Source: a bacterium (GTDB lineage: Bacteria; UBA10199; 2-02-FULL-50-16; JAJFLM01). Taken from it: a DNA stretch of 64,000 bases. Below the pieces are notes generated by a model. That model worked only from the letters and a program-made list of their open reading frames with translations. It was not told where the DNA came from and ran no database searches. Position 1 is the first letter of the stretch, and every line of letters begins with the position of its first letter. Where the stretch lies: NCBI GenBank assembly GCA_965216315.1, contig CBDCFN010000016.1, positions 2,208,001 through 2,272,000 on the forward strand, given 5' to 3'. Made by a program: the position numbers and the translations under genes. Below, in pieces: positions 53,451-62,694 of this stretch.

Positions 53451-54306
53451 GCTGCGGCTCTCCTTCCATCTCCGTAAAAGGGATCATCTGAATTCCCAAA
53501 AACACGACGTCTTCCGGCTTATCGTCATCCGCAACCAATTGAAGAATTTCGCGTCGAAACTCCTGAATCTTCTGTTTGAGTTGTGGAAGTCGTTTACGTG
53601 CAATACCCAATGTTAAGGCGCTCACGTCGCGCTGTTCCTTTGCGATAGCGGGCAGGCGCTCTTTGACGATGCCCAACATATTTTGATGATATTGCATGGA
53701 GATCTTCGACACGGCATCCGCGCCTGTCGAGACGAGCGGCTCAGCCTGTTCCCAACGCAGTCGGCCGTTATCGTTTAAGCGTCTGATAAACCGCAGACGT
53801 TCCAATAACCGAATCGATTCAAGCACGGTTTTCTCGTCGACTGCGGGCACCAAACGTGAGGCAATATTCTTGAGAGACCCATCAAAGTCCGCAGCGACAA
53901 TGAGCTCGCGAATCACCGGATGATACCAGTGCGTCCAATATTCATAGTGATCGATAGAAAGCGGTTTCAGCTCATAATATTGACGGAGCTTCACGAGCTT
54001 GCGATAGTATTGTTTTTTGTGGCTCTCCGACTTGGCCTGATTGAAGCAGACGAGGGCACGAAAATAGTCCCTTTGCTGCCGGTCCAACTTTAAACCCTTG
54101 ATAAATTTATTGAGGCTGCCATCGGTAAGGTTGCGCTCCCCGTCCATGACACGCTTGTACATATTCGGGGACTGAAAACCCGCCAAGCGCGAAAACATCC
54201 GCAGCGAGAACCCAAAACTTGACTTCGCTTCCTCGTACCACGCGCGCAAAAAGGCGCGATAGTCCAGAAAGTCGAATGGACTTATATTGACTAAATTTTT
54301 CTCCAT
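53443..54306 (-). CDS. TIGR02147/DUF4423-like HTH protein
   Basis: DYRAFL, FSLR.F...AGF.SP, GERNL, WYHPVIREL, RDVSALT, IQEFR. Confidence 0.85.
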   Translation of the reverse strand: MEKNLVNISPFDFLDYRAFLRAWYEEAKSSFGFSLRMFSRLAGFQSPNMYKRVMDGERNLTDGSLNKFIKGLKLDRQQRDYFRALVCFNQAKSESHKKQYYRKLVKLRQYYELKPLSIDHYEYWTHWYHPVIRELIVAADFDGSLKNIASRLVPAVDEKTVLESIRLLERLRFIRRLNDNGRLRWEQAEPLVSTGADAVSKISMQYHQNMLGIVKERLPAIAKEQRDVSALTLGIARKRLPQLKQKIQEFRREILQLVADDDKPEDVVFLGIQMIPFTEMEGEPQRG

Positions 54307-54424
54307 AATGCACCCAGCCTTGATTAAAGGCTCTGTGCTTGTATCGACTGAAGTTCAAAATTGTACACGGTTTTTTTGACGAATCCTTGCGAATGCGCAT
54401 CCGCGCGGATTCACCTGGGGCAAC

Positions 54425-56500
54425 TTAGCGTTTTAGCAGCAAAGAACAGCCGCCTACACTACGCGCCTTCGGAACGGATGCATCCGAGGATGAATCCGGC
54501 GGATTGACCGTAACCACGTCATCCCCAGGTTGCGTAGATGGAACATTGTCTTCTTCCTCGCTGCTTGGAAACTGACTTTCCGAGCCGGCCTCGACCGGGG
54601 GCTCTTCCCCGTTGTCTTCTCCCGTCATCGAATCGGGAACCAAGCGCGTCGGGAGGCCCATGTTGCCATCAGACTTAGGATCCTGTGCTTCAGGAGTCGC
54701 CGCTCGACCTTGATCCGTGCCACGATCGCGACGTGTCGAATCCTGATCGCTCCGACGGTTCTGACTGGCAACGCGAACGTCGAAAGTCCGCGGCAGAGTC
54801 ATCGACTTAGTCCAGGCTTCCAGCTGCGCCTCGCTCAAATACTCGAGGACATCCTCCGTAAAACCCAGCGCATTTTTTAACGAATACGGCTGACTCACTG
54901 CTGAGATTAACAGGCTGTTACCGGTCATGGCCTTTTGAAACGCCACCATCGCGCGGTCATAATAAGCGCGTCGTTCATGGACATTGTGAATACCGTGCCA
55001 CGTAACCACCTCGGACCAGTCCCCGTGATAGACCTGAAACACGATGTTATCCGCCTGAAAATCCGCATCCTTTTCGGGAAGGAACGTTTTAAACTCAATA
55101 GGTCCTTTATTATCCGCCGCGACATCGATGCGTTGCGCTGCCAATAAATATTGCGGATTGTTATCCGTATCTGCCGCATACACCATGAGCGTCGCCGTCT
55201 TCACATTAAAGAACTGTTCTGGATTTAGTTTTCCGGAGACAAACCAGCCGAAAGACAGCGTGACCATCGACCTGGCTGGCGCCCTTGAATAGGCTGACGT
55301 CCGTCGGCACCGGCAACCTAAACTGGGACTCCATCCGTATCCGTAAATACGAAGTTGTCACCGTTCCCGCCCTGAAAACCGCCACGCGGCATGTAGACGT
55401 GCGGTCGATAGGCGTTACTCTTCACGCCGGCGGCATTATCCGTGAAATAATTATCAAGCAAGAGAAGGTTCCGCCCTTCAATCGCCGCTACCGAATTGTT
55501 CTGAAAATGAGAATCAACGATGACCGTATTGGCGGCCCAGATACCGACTTCGTTGTTCGTCACGCTAACGTGACTAAGAATGACCACTTTGATCACTGAG
55601 CACGCAGATACCGTACTTAAAACCCGAGACCTTAAAACCGGTATAGAGCCCCGGACCGGTAATCACCACACCACACTCTTTACCGAATAATTGATTGTAA
55701 GGAGTGGGATAGCCCTTGCCTTCGGATTGCACGATGCCCGGCGGCAACTGATAGTCCGCTGCTTTGACAAATTCATAGGGTCGCGTCTGAATCCGTCCCG
55801 TGGCATCGCGCTCGTGCGAGAACTCCACACGCGGCCAATGAGCATCTGTCTCAAAAAGCTGCAAGTTTTGCGCATGAGTCACATTATCCCCATGTAATAC
55901 AATGCTGTCCGGACCAAACACCGCTACAGGGCTAAACATTAGAAAGGGTTTTGATAGGGATAAAGTCCTGGATTCCCCCTCATCACTTGCAAAACGAAGA
56001 GTGATACTGTGGAGACGTTGCTTTTCCTGACTCCATTCCGGTGAATTACTTGCATCCAATCCGAAGGTAACTCCCGGCGTATGTTGGAGCCAATTCGGTC
56101 CTGAAAGCTGCATGGCATCCGGAGTCCAGTGTTTAGCAAAGTGCCATTCGGGAGGAATGTCTTCATAACCAATCGTCTCCGTCATTCCATAAATAACGGA
56201 TCCGTATTGCTGGGCGATACCATGCTTACAAGCGGCGTCGTATTTCGAACACGCCGCGTCGGCAATTTTTTGTCGAATATTATATCGTGCTGGTTCCGCC
56301 TGCTTATTAAAATAAAAAACCTTTTGCAGATAAGAAACATCATGGACCGTTATCGGCCAGTCAGCCCCGACAAGATCCACACACTGCCCGGTCGATTCAC
56401 AACTCAGCCATTCTCCGTATTCATCCAGATAGGCCTCGGCCTGCGCCGTCACCAGACTGCACAGGGCCGCTACAATTGATAAAGTGATAAATCGTCTCAT
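54425..56500 (-). pseudogene. Frameshift-split secreted beta-helix protein ending GGCSLLLKR (ORFs 55574-56500, 55318-55596, 54425-55267); pseudogene or assembly error
   Basis: Removing one A at about 55589 gives GICVLSDQ-VVILSHVSVTNNEVGI, paralleling GICVEGGQVLLSRMSISGNGIGV in the upstream gene. Confidence 0.7.
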
Positions 56501-58161
56501 CGTCCACTCCGGTCTGGTCTTTGCAACCGGTTCTTAATCCGCTTGGGTTTCGGCACCGGCACAAACTGACGTGCTGCATCCGCACCAGCCCGCTTTAGTT
56601 CAGTCTGGGGCGCCGCCGGCTGGAGAGGAACCCACTGGAAGTCAGGCGCCTGAAGATTCGCCATCGCCTCTAGTTCTGCCGCGGTAAAGACCGCTACCGG
56701 AATACCGATCGCATAGCTGCGAGGCAATTCATCAACACTCATAAATTCTCTAATCGCCAGGGCCTCCCACGGTTGAGGGCCCAACGGGCTATCAATTGAT
56801 GCCGCAATAAGATGGAGCGGCAGTTCTTTCGAAGCGATGGGACCACTAAAGGCCTGTTCCAGGACCAGGCTGTTACTCTCCGGGATACTATAGAAATCAG
56901 CACTGCCCAGCATGTTTAGTTCCAACCAGCTTTGAGCCACGCCTCCTTGATAAAGACTCGCGTAGACCCCGTGCATGCTCCAACCGGATTCCTGCTTGGG
57001 TTCATTATAGAGGGCGAGTTTCGAATCAGCGCCATCGGAAACAAGCACGGCGCTTTTGAGCAGAAAATCTTCATCGTCCACCCAACCTTGGGGCATTCCC
57101 TTGACCATGTTTCCGGAAAACCAATTCCCTAACAAAAATAAATGCGGCTTCGCGCTCGCACTCAATTCAAAAGTATCACTGTCCTCAAACTGCGAACGCG
57201 CAACAAACAAGGGCGCTTCATCCAGGACCTGCATATGGCTCTCCGCGTTATTCGTAAAGCGGGACTGATTGATGAGTCCACTTGCGACTGCATCACCCAT
57301 CCGCTTAAACCTCACGCCAATCCCGTTGCCGCTAATCGACATGCGGCTCAAGAGAACCTGGCCACCCTCGACGCAGATTCCCACGGGAAAGCCGCTGACA
57401 ATAAAGCGCTTGAGGACGACCGGATGTGCCGATTTGATAATGATCCCGCATTCGCCGGAGAATTCGGGCGCCGGTTTGATCCTCACCGACCACGGTTGGT
57501 TGGGGGCATCAAGCACACTGGAATCCGCCATCCCTAACAAGGCGTCGCCGCGCATGATCAATGGATAATTATTTTGACCTAAGGCGGCGTAGTTATTCCA
57601 AATACCTCCACTGTTTACATTCGGATTGATCACGAGCGGCTCCTTAATCGCAATATCCATGAAGGGCTTAGGACCAATATCTTCTTGATACTTCTTTGGA
57701 GAAAACTGGGGATGATAGTCCGCCGGTGGCTCCGGCAACAATTGAATCGTCGTGGAGGTATAATAAGGGAGTGGCAGACCCCACGCAGCCGGTTCTTCCA
57801 TCATACCGGCCAAATACCACTCCGGTTCTGAATTCGGCCGTACACAAGCAGCGGCGTCTTTTTGATTAATGATCTGCTGTTCAAAGGCGTTACTCCCCTG
57901 CGGCCAGCTGGCTTGTGCCTGGTATTGATCATTAATATTCTGTCCGTCGTCCGCCAGCATCTTCATGATCTTAACGAGATGAGCGCCCATGTCCGCCTGT
58001 GACGGATCAACGGTACAGCTGATCAATTTTTCGCATTCTTCGTAATTAGGACAAGACCAGCCCTCGCCGGCCATCTGGGCCTGGGCCGCTGGGGAAAAAC
58101 TAAACAAGCCAACCACGATCCCGGCAAAGAGATAAATTTTCCGTGAAAATAAAATAGCCAT
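56497..58161 (-). CDS. Secreted protein with a right-handed beta-helix segment
   Basis: Signal peptide ending AQA; ISGNGIGV, FTNNA, GNWFSGN repeats. Confidence 0.7.
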   Translation of the reverse strand: MAILFSRKIYLFAGIVVGLFSFSPAAQAQMAGEGWSCPNYEECEKLISCTVDPSQADMGAHLVKIMKMLADDGQNINDQYQAQASWPQGSNAFEQQIINQKDAAACVRPNSEPEWYLAGMMEEPAAWGLPLPYYTSTTIQLLPEPPADYHPQFSPKKYQEDIGPKPFMDIAIKEPLVINPNVNSGGIWNNYAALGQNNYPLIMRGDALLGMADSSVLDAPNQPWSVRIKPAPEFSGECGIIIKSAHPVVLKRFIVSGFPVGICVEGGQVLLSRMSISGNGIGVRFKRMGDAVASGLINQSRFTNNAESHMQVLDEAPLFVARSQFEDSDTFELSASAKPHLFLLGNWFSGNMVKGMPQGWVDDEDFLLKSAVLVSDGADSKLALYNEPKQESGWSMHGVYASLYQGGVAQSWLELNMLGSADFYSIPESNSLVLEQAFSGPIASKELPLHLIAASIDSPLGPQPWEALAIREFMSVDELPRSYAIGIPVAVFTAAELEAMANLQAPDFQWVPLQPAAPQTELKRAGADAARQFVPVPKPKRIKNRLQRPDRSGR

Positions 58162-58230
58162 GATGTCCTGTCCTTTCGCTCTCAGGCGGTTAAAATAAGC
58201 GCGGCTCCCTGCCGCCTGGGACGAGATATA

Positions 58231-58247
58231 TGCAAGCCGGATGCCAA
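58231..58247 (-). promoter_or_regulatory. Sigma54 (-24/-12) promoter
   Basis: TTGGCATCCGGCTTGCA, about 70 bp upstream of the 58161 start. Confidence 0.75.
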
Positions 58248-58349
58248 GAAGAGCAAAGGGGCAAAAGAGCTAAAATTCTAATAATAACAAATATTTGTAT
58301 ACTTATTATTTTTATAACTGCCTAAAAATACTAGATATTATGGTGATGG

Positions 58350-58370
58350 TAGTCACCATAATGGTGACTA
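58350..58370. promoter_or_regulatory. Perfect palindrome, candidate upstream activator site
   Basis: TAGTCACCAT-A-ATGGTGACTA, about 100 bp upstream of the sigma54 site across an AT-rich spacer. Confidence 0.5.
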
Positions 58371-58402
58371 TTGTCTATTTTTGAATACGAATTATTGGCC
58401 AT

Positions 58403-58439
58403 AAAAAAGGGGCGGTTCTGTAAAGAACCGCCCCTTTTT
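58403..58439. terminator. Rho-independent terminator (bidirectional shape)
   Basis: AAAAAAGGGGCGGTTCT-GTAA-AGAACCGCCCCTTTTT. Confidence 0.88.
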
Positions 58440-58461
58440 CTCAGTAAAGTTCTTTATTGGC

Positions 58462-60276
58462 CTATCTTATTAAACTGCAGCCACCACCAGTCCCAGTCGA
58501 GGTCGTCTCATCCGTGCAATCCGCCGCACAGCCATCGCCGTCATCGGTGTTGCCGTCATCGCATTCTTCGCTGGCATCAACGGTCCCGTCGCCACAGACG
58601 GCCTCCGTTCCGCAGGTGGAGCTACAACCGTCCCCATCGGTCGCGTTACCATCGTCGCACTCTTCACCAGAGTCGACGACGCCGTCACCGCAAAAGGCTT
58701 CAATGCAATTAGTGCGGCAGGCATCGGCCGCGGTATCACTGTTAACGCTTCCATCATCGCAGTCTTCGACATCGGCCTGAATGACCCCGTCACCGCACGT
58801 CGTCGACACACAAGTGTCTAGACACGCATCACCGTTATCGGCATTGCCGTCATCGCAGCCCTCACCGGTATCCGTAACCCCGTCACCGCAAGATGGGTTT
58901 TCACAACTGGTTCGACACGCATCGGGTTCGGTATCGCTGTTGTTGGCTCCGTTGTCGCACTCTTCCGTCGTATCGACAGTCCCGTCACCACACGGACCAA
59001 CCTCGACGGCACCGATGTCGCACGTGCTGGTCCCGTCATTATCGCCATCTTGAGAACGGTCGCTCCCTCGCTGATCCTCCGTCAGGTCCGCGTTGGTTTC
59101 ATCCTTACATCCGCCCGGGTTGCCGGCATCAATGACCGGGCTGTCCTTGAGTGGCCCCAGGGTCAGGGTCGGACCGCCGTTATCCGCTAAGGCGGCCTGC
59201 AAGAGCGGATCCTCTCCGGTGATGTGGTTCGACGTCGCACCACCGAAAGTACAACCGTTGATGTCTTCAAGCAGATTGTAATCATTCGAGGTCAGGGTCG
59301 TGGCGGAACCTTCATCCTTACAATCGGCCGCGGCACCATCCCCGTCCTCATTGACTTCTTCATCGACATTGTCGGCAATAATCGTATTCGCGATCGTCAG
59401 CTCGACTCCCAATGTCCCCCCAAAGGAGATACCGCCGCCATCACCCTGTTCTGTATTGTTGCCCGCCAGGGTCACGCTAAAAAGGTTTGCGTCCACATTA
59501 AAAAAGAAAATACCGCCACCATTATTCAGAGCACTGTTTCCGGCGATGGTGGAATTAACGATATCCACATCGACCGTCGTCCCCACACCTTTGATGTTTA
59601 AACCACCACCCGTGTCCCAAGTCGTTTCATTGCCCGAAATCGTGGAATTCTCGATGAAAACACTCGGTGTCCCGGTGGTCTCATAGACATTGACACCGGC
59701 GCCGCCGGCCCCCGACACACTATTATTGCTGATGGTCGAATTACTGATGATAAGCGCATTCCCTCTGAAATCGATTCCGCCACCACCCCCCTGGCCATGA
59801 TTCTCGGTAATAACCGAATTTTGAACCGTTAGTGAATCCGTTGCATCCACCCGAACACAGACTCCATACGAAGTTGTCGTGGACCCTGTTAGGGTCAGAC
59901 CATCAACAAGAAAAGTCTTACTATTGTCCCCGCTATCAAAAAGGAAAACGCGTCTCGGACCATCAGCATCAATGGTGAGCTGCGACGCACCGGGACCCAG
60001 GATGTCGACCGACTCGGTAATGGCCGGCAAGGCACTGGTCAGCTTGATCGTCCCGCTCACATTGGTCAGATTGATCTCATCGCCCACCGGATTGGCATTG
60101 GCCGCCGCAATGGCATCGCGGAGCGAACAGTCGTTCGTCCCATCACAGGTAGCGGCACAATCCGCTCCACTAGCAGCGACGTCACTGGTATCATCGACGC
60201 AATAAGTCTTGGCTATCGCCGCCGAAGCCGTCGCACTCGTGAACAAGTATAAGAAAACGACAATAAACCGTGACAT
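58462..60276 (-). CDS. Secreted CSLREA / beta-helix / choice-of-anchor Q protein with Cys-rich repeats and GGGCSLIR tail
   Basis: CSLRDAIAAAN, NSTISGN repeats, LADNGGPT..DQRG..CDIGAVE, CGDG..EECDDGN repeats; start MSRF after GGAGGT. Confidence 0.88.
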   Translation of the reverse strand: MSRFIVVFLYLFTSATASAAIAKTYCVDDTSDVAASGADCAATCDGTNDCSLRDAIAAANANPVGDEINLTNVSGTIKLTSALPAITESVDILGPGASQLTIDADGPRRVFLFDSGDNSKTFLVDGLTLTGSTTTSYGVCVRVDATDSLTVQNSVITENHGQGGGGGIDFRGNALIISNSTISNNSVSGAGGAGVNVYETTGTPSVFIENSTISGNETTWDTGGGLNIKGVGTTVDVDIVNSTIAGNSALNNGGGIFFFNVDANLFSVTLAGNNTEQGDGGGISFGGTLGVELTIANTIIADNVDEEVNEDGDGAAADCKDEGSATTLTSNDYNLLEDINGCTFGGATSNHITGEDPLLQAALADNGGPTLTLGPLKDSPVIDAGNPGGCKDETNADLTEDQRGSDRSQDGDNDGTSTCDIGAVEVGPCGDGTVDTTEECDNGANNSDTEPDACRTSCENPSCGDGVTDTGEGCDDGNADNGDACLDTCVSTTCGDGVIQADVEDCDDGSVNSDTAADACRTNCIEAFCGDGVVDSGEECDDGNATDGDGCSSTCGTEAVCGDGTVDASEECDDGNTDDGDGCAADCTDETTSTGTGGGCSLIR

Positions 60277-60315
60277 ACGCACCTCCATAAACCCGCCAAT
60301 TTTTTAGTTCCGCCA

Positions 60316-62628
60316 TTACCGAATCAACGAACACCCGCCGCCGCTGCTAGACGCCGATACGACAATGGTTTGGTTAAACGAACCACTTCCATCGGTACCA
60401 CAATCGACATCAACCGTAATCTGACCGGTCCCTGCCGAACCGGCGGTTAGAATTGTCGTACAAGCGGTGTCATCGGAATAGTTACCGCGCTCTGAAGGAG
60501 TGATCGACCAGCTACAATCACATGTATCGGGCAAATTTTGCGCTAACACGAAAGCCGTTGGCCCCCCACACGTCGCATCCGGCGCATTCAAGGTAACCTG
60601 CTGACCTTCAGTTAACTGAACGAAGTCAACATCCGGGTTGGAGCAGGCCAAGTCGTCTTCCTGTTCGATATTGCAAACATCCGAGCACCCGTCACCGGCA
60701 GTCGTGTTACCGTCATCGCAGTCCTCTCCGCTGTCAACGGTGCCGTCACCACAGACACCGACGCCACCACCGCCATTCTCGTCCGTGCAGTCCGCTGCGC
60801 AACCATCCCCATCTATTGCATTACCGTCATCACATTCTTCACCAGCTTGTAGAACACCGTCACCACAGGCGGTTGCTCCCTCGTTCGTGCAATTCTCTGC
60901 GCAACCGTCACCACTCGTATTATTCCCGTCATCGCATTCCTCACCGGCATCCAAGTTGCCGTCTCCGCAATTGGCCGGCACTTCAAACTGACAGGACGCA
61001 TCGCAACCATCATCGGGATCGTTATTGCCGTCATCGCACTCTTCGCCGGCAGTCATATTAGTTACACTGTCGCCACAAGAAGAACTGGTACAATCGGCAT
61101 TACAGGTGGCTGATTCACCCCCGTCGTCGCAATCCTCTCCCTCGCCAGGCTCCACCACGCTGTTACCACAACCTGGGGCGACAAAAAATTGCCCGTAGAT
61201 TTCAAGCTCGTCTATGGCGAGACCCGCATCGGCATCATCATCGCCTTCCCAGGTGATCAAAAAAAGATTTTCCGTCGTACTGGCACCAATGGCCGGATCG
61301 TTGGCAGCATAATTCGTATCTGTTACCGTATTCCCCATGCTGCTCAACAGGAAGTCGGATTCGAGCTCAGAGCCCGATGATGAAATGCGCTGACCAAATA
61401 TTTCGAAAGCATTATCGGCACCTGTATCATCGTCATCGGCCCGCCAAATGACAAGATATTCATTTGCCGTCGCATTGTGTGAGACTCGCGGAGCCGTTGC
61501 ATCATAAGTTCCGTCATTATCACTGCTCCCCATATCACTAATGCGAAAATCCGACAGTAAAGGTGTCCCGTCATTACCTACCCGACGGCCGAAAATTTCA
61601 TTTTCATTATCAGCCAGACCCGTATCATCGTCATCGCCATACCAGACGACAAGGTACTGATTATCTGTTGAGTTATAAGCCACATCCGGTGAGCGCGCCT
61701 GACGGTTAGCGTCGCTGTCCATGTTACCCATGCTGCTAATACGAAATTCGGAACCATCTTCCGTTCCGTTCGCATTGACAAGCTGACCAAAAATCTCAAA
61801 AGCATTGTCACCACCGGTCGACTCGTCATCACCCTCCCAAACCACTAGGAACTGATTTTCTGTCGCGTTATAGGTAACCGCCGTATTGACTGCATCGAAA
61901 GCTGTATCCGCATTGGTATTTCCCATGTCACTCAGTCGAAGTTGCGAACCCTCCAATGAACCGTCTGTCGCATCAATGCGGCGTCCAAATATTTCCTGGG
62001 CGCCATCAACCGTCGTGCCATTATCATCCGCCTGCCAAACCACAAAGTATTCGTTACTAGTCGAATTGTATGCGATATCTGGATTATCCGCCCGGTAGTT
62101 GGCATCATTATCAGGACCCATCGTACTGATCCGAAAATCAGTTACGTCCGGAGTCCCATCGGCATTAATTATCTCACCATAGATCTCGAATTCATTATCG
62201 GCCAGCGATCCCGAGTCGGCATCACCACGCCAGACAACAAGGTACTGATTTTCTGTAGAACTATAGGCGACCGCAGGTGATACACCGTCATCATTGGCAT
62301 CTCCATCACCATCCATCTGGCTAATACGAAAGCGTGATCCAAGTGGATCCAGGGTATCCGCATCGTAGCGCTGTCCATAAATTTCGAGTTCGTTATCAAC
62401 TATCGAACCGTCGTCTTCATCTCCCTGCCAGACGACTAGAAATTCATTATCAGTAGAATTATAAGCCACGGCCGGATCCTGAGCATCAAAATTAGCATCC
62501 CCATCCGTATCCATAACGCTAATCCGAAAGTCATCCGTCCCGATCTCTGGAGCATAGACCAACATAGACACCAGACTCACAACTATAAACACCATTACAA
62601 CGGAAAAATTGCGTAATGCGTTAAACAT
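60316..62628 (-). CDS. Secreted seven-repeat propeller-like protein with Cys-rich repeats, C-terminal beta domain and GGGCSLIR tail
   Basis: Seven FRISxM..VAYN..N.[FY]LVVW..EI[YF]G repeats; CGDG..ECDDGN..GDGC repeats. Confidence 0.88.
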   Translation of the reverse strand: MFNALRNFSVVMVFIVVSLVSMLVYAPEIGTDDFRISVMDTDGDANFDAQDPAVAYNSTDNEFLVVWQGDEDDGSIVDNELEIYGQRYDADTLDPLGSRFRISQMDGDGDANDDGVSPAVAYSSTENQYLVVWRGDADSGSLADNEFEIYGEIINADGTPDVTDFRISTMGPDNDANYRADNPDIAYNSTSNEYFVVWQADDNGTTVDGAQEIFGRRIDATDGSLEGSQLRLSDMGNTNADTAFDAVNTAVTYNATENQFLVVWEGDDESTGGDNAFEIFGQLVNANGTEDGSEFRISSMGNMDSDANRQARSPDVAYNSTDNQYLVVWYGDDDDTGLADNENEIFGRRVGNDGTPLLSDFRISDMGSSDNDGTYDATAPRVSHNATANEYLVIWRADDDDTGADNAFEIFGQRISSSGSELESDFLLSSMGNTVTDTNYAANDPAIGASTTENLFLITWEGDDDADAGLAIDELEIYGQFFVAPGCGNSVVEPGEGEDCDDGGESATCNADCTSSSCGDSVTNMTAGEECDDGNNDPDDGCDASCQFEVPANCGDGNLDAGEECDDGNNTSGDGCAENCTNEGATACGDGVLQAGEECDDGNAIDGDGCAADCTDENGGGGVGVCGDGTVDSGEDCDDGNTTAGDGCSDVCNIEQEDDLACSNPDVDFVQLTEGQQVTLNAPDATCGGPTAFVLAQNLPDTCDCSWSITPSERGNYSDDTACTTILTAGSAGTGQITVDVDCGTDGSGSFNQTIVVSASSSGGGCSLIR

Positions 62629-62694
62629 ATACCATCTCCCCCTTATTTAATGTACGACTCAGCATTGACGTCTCTCTCATTCCAACTCCATGGA

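Noticed and set aside
58462..58488. Strict eukaryotic CaaX prenylation box
   Set aside because: Cys is 5-7 residues from the end, not 4; only a loose analogy
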